From Phycisphaerales bacterium (GTDB taxonomy: Bacteria; Planctomycetota; Phycisphaerae; Phycisphaerales; UBA1924): DNA of 32,000 bases. The notes under the pieces were generated by a model that did no database searches, was not told where the DNA came from, and worked only from the letters and a program-made list of their open reading frames with translations. The DNA is taken from positions 416,627-448,626 of the forward strand of contig JBFXBS010000001.1 in the NCBI GenBank assembly GCA_050182995.1. Reading direction: 5' to 3'. Each line of letters opens with the position of its first letter. The first letter of the stretch is position 1. A program made the position numbers and the translations under genes. Below, piece by piece: positions 31,060-32,000 of this stretch.

Positions 31060-32000
31060 TCAGCCCGCCGCCATCCGCTTCTTCAGGATCACGATCAGCG
31101 TGTTTGCTTCAAATGCGTTCGCCGACACCGGCCGCCAGTACACCTCCCACAGCGCTCCGGGCGCCGGCGCTGCCTTGGGCGCGCCCGCACCCCCCGGCGC
31201 CAGCACCACCACCTGTCCCTTCGCATCGCGAAACCGCTCGGCGACCGCCTGCGGCTGATCGCTCATGAAGATCAGGTCCTTCTCCCGAATATGCATGCTG
31301 CGCACACCCAGCGCCCGCGCGCCGATCCGAATCTCCGCAAGGTCGAGCAGCCGCCGCGCCGCCGTCGGCGGCTCGCCGTACGCCTGGGCGAGTTCCTCTT
31401 CGACTTTGCGCAGCTCCGCGAGCGTCGCCGCGAGGCTCACGCGCCGGTACGCCTCCAGCCGGCGCTGCTCCGCGGGGATGTACCCCTTGGGGATCACGCC
31501 GACGACTCCGATGTTCAGCACCGTTTCGTTCGGCGTCGCCACCACTTCGTTCTTGAGCTCCTTCACCGACTGTTCGAGCAGGCGGCAATACATGTCATAC
31601 CCCACCGCCGCGATGTGCCCGCTCTGCTCCGGCCCCAGGATGTTCCCCGCACCGCGAATCTCCAGGTCGCGCATCGCGATCTTGAACCCCGCCCCGAGCA
31701 TGCTGAACTGCTCCACGGCCTTGAGCCGCTGCTTCGCCGTCTCCTTGAGCGGCCGGTTCTCGGGCAGGAGCAGGTAGCAATACGCGCGGTGCTTGTACCT
31801 TCCCACGCGCCCGCGAAGCTGGTGCAGGTCGGCAAGCCCGAAGCGGTCGGCATCGTCGATGATCATGGTGTTCGCCGTGGGGATGTCGATCCCGCTCTCG
31901 ATGATCGTCGTGCTGACGAGGATGTCGGCCTCGCGCCGGACGAATTTCAGGATCACCTCCTCCAGCTCGCGATCGGGCATCTGCCCGTGACCCACCACCA
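31060..32000 (-). CDS. mfd: Transcription-repair coupling factor Mfd, C-terminal part (5' end beyond the window)
   Basis: Helicase C motifs [20 protein letters not shown] and [13 protein letters not shown] motif region: [28 protein letters not shown]. The reading frame stays open to the window end. Confidence 0.9.
   Translation of the reverse strand, partial: VVGHGQMPDRELEEVILKFVRREADILVSTTIIESGIDIPTANTMIIDDADRFGLADLHQLRGRVGRYKHRAYCYLLLPENRPLKETAKQRLKAVEQFSMLGAGFKIAMRDLEIRGAGNILGPEQSGHIAAVGYDMYCRLLEQSVKELKNEVVATPNETVLNIGVVGVIPKGYIPAEQRRLEAYRRVSLAATLAELRKVEEELAQAYGEPPTAARRLLDLAEIRIGARALGVRSMHIREKDLIFMSDQPQAVAERFRDAKGQVVVLAPGGAGAPKAAPAPGALWEVYWRPVSANAFEANTLIVILKKRMAAG

Overview
The window is very GC-rich (well above 60% by eye) and densely coding. 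I call 22 protein genes, 18 of them on the + strand. I found no rRNA, tRNA, CRISPR array, transposase, integrase or recognisable defence genes.

Most genes are housekeeping: glyQS, tag, metH, mdh, gpmI, clpB, mfd, and MgtC-, CvpA- and J-domain proteins. A CxxCH 'planctomycete cytochrome c'-type domain, dockerin-like C-termini and weak or absent Shine-Dalgarno (SD) sites suggest a Planctomycetota (Phycisphaerae-like) chromosome. That placement is inference only.

Regions worth a second look:
1. A tandem pair of diverged paralogous secreted proteins (1298-5682). Each has an unrecognised N-terminal domain, two PPC-like modules and a double dockerin/EF-hand-like tail.
2. Three consecutive TerC/Alx-family membrane genes (7488-11622). 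A yybP-ykoY (Mn2+) riboswitch-like element lies inside the array, and the first copy is fused to a PGPGW-like domain.
3. A divergent PlcP-like metallophosphoesterase / btaA-btaB (DGTS betaine lipid) cluster, consistent with phosphate-starvation lipid remodelling.
4. An extreme C5-run tract (G-quadruplex-capable on the other strand) in the tag/metH divergent promoter, and a weaker one upstream of mdh.
5. An orphan FHA-fused GspE/PilB-type ATPase downstream of an FKBP-domain protein and a J-domain protein.

One real gene at the left edge, a TPR/OGT-like glycosyltransferase on the minus strand, is missing from the supplied ORF track. I recovered it by manual translation.

I see no convincing self-contained 'new system' such as a defence island. 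Items 1 and 2 are the best candidates for undescribed biology. All family assignments rest on motif recognition by eye; no searches were run.
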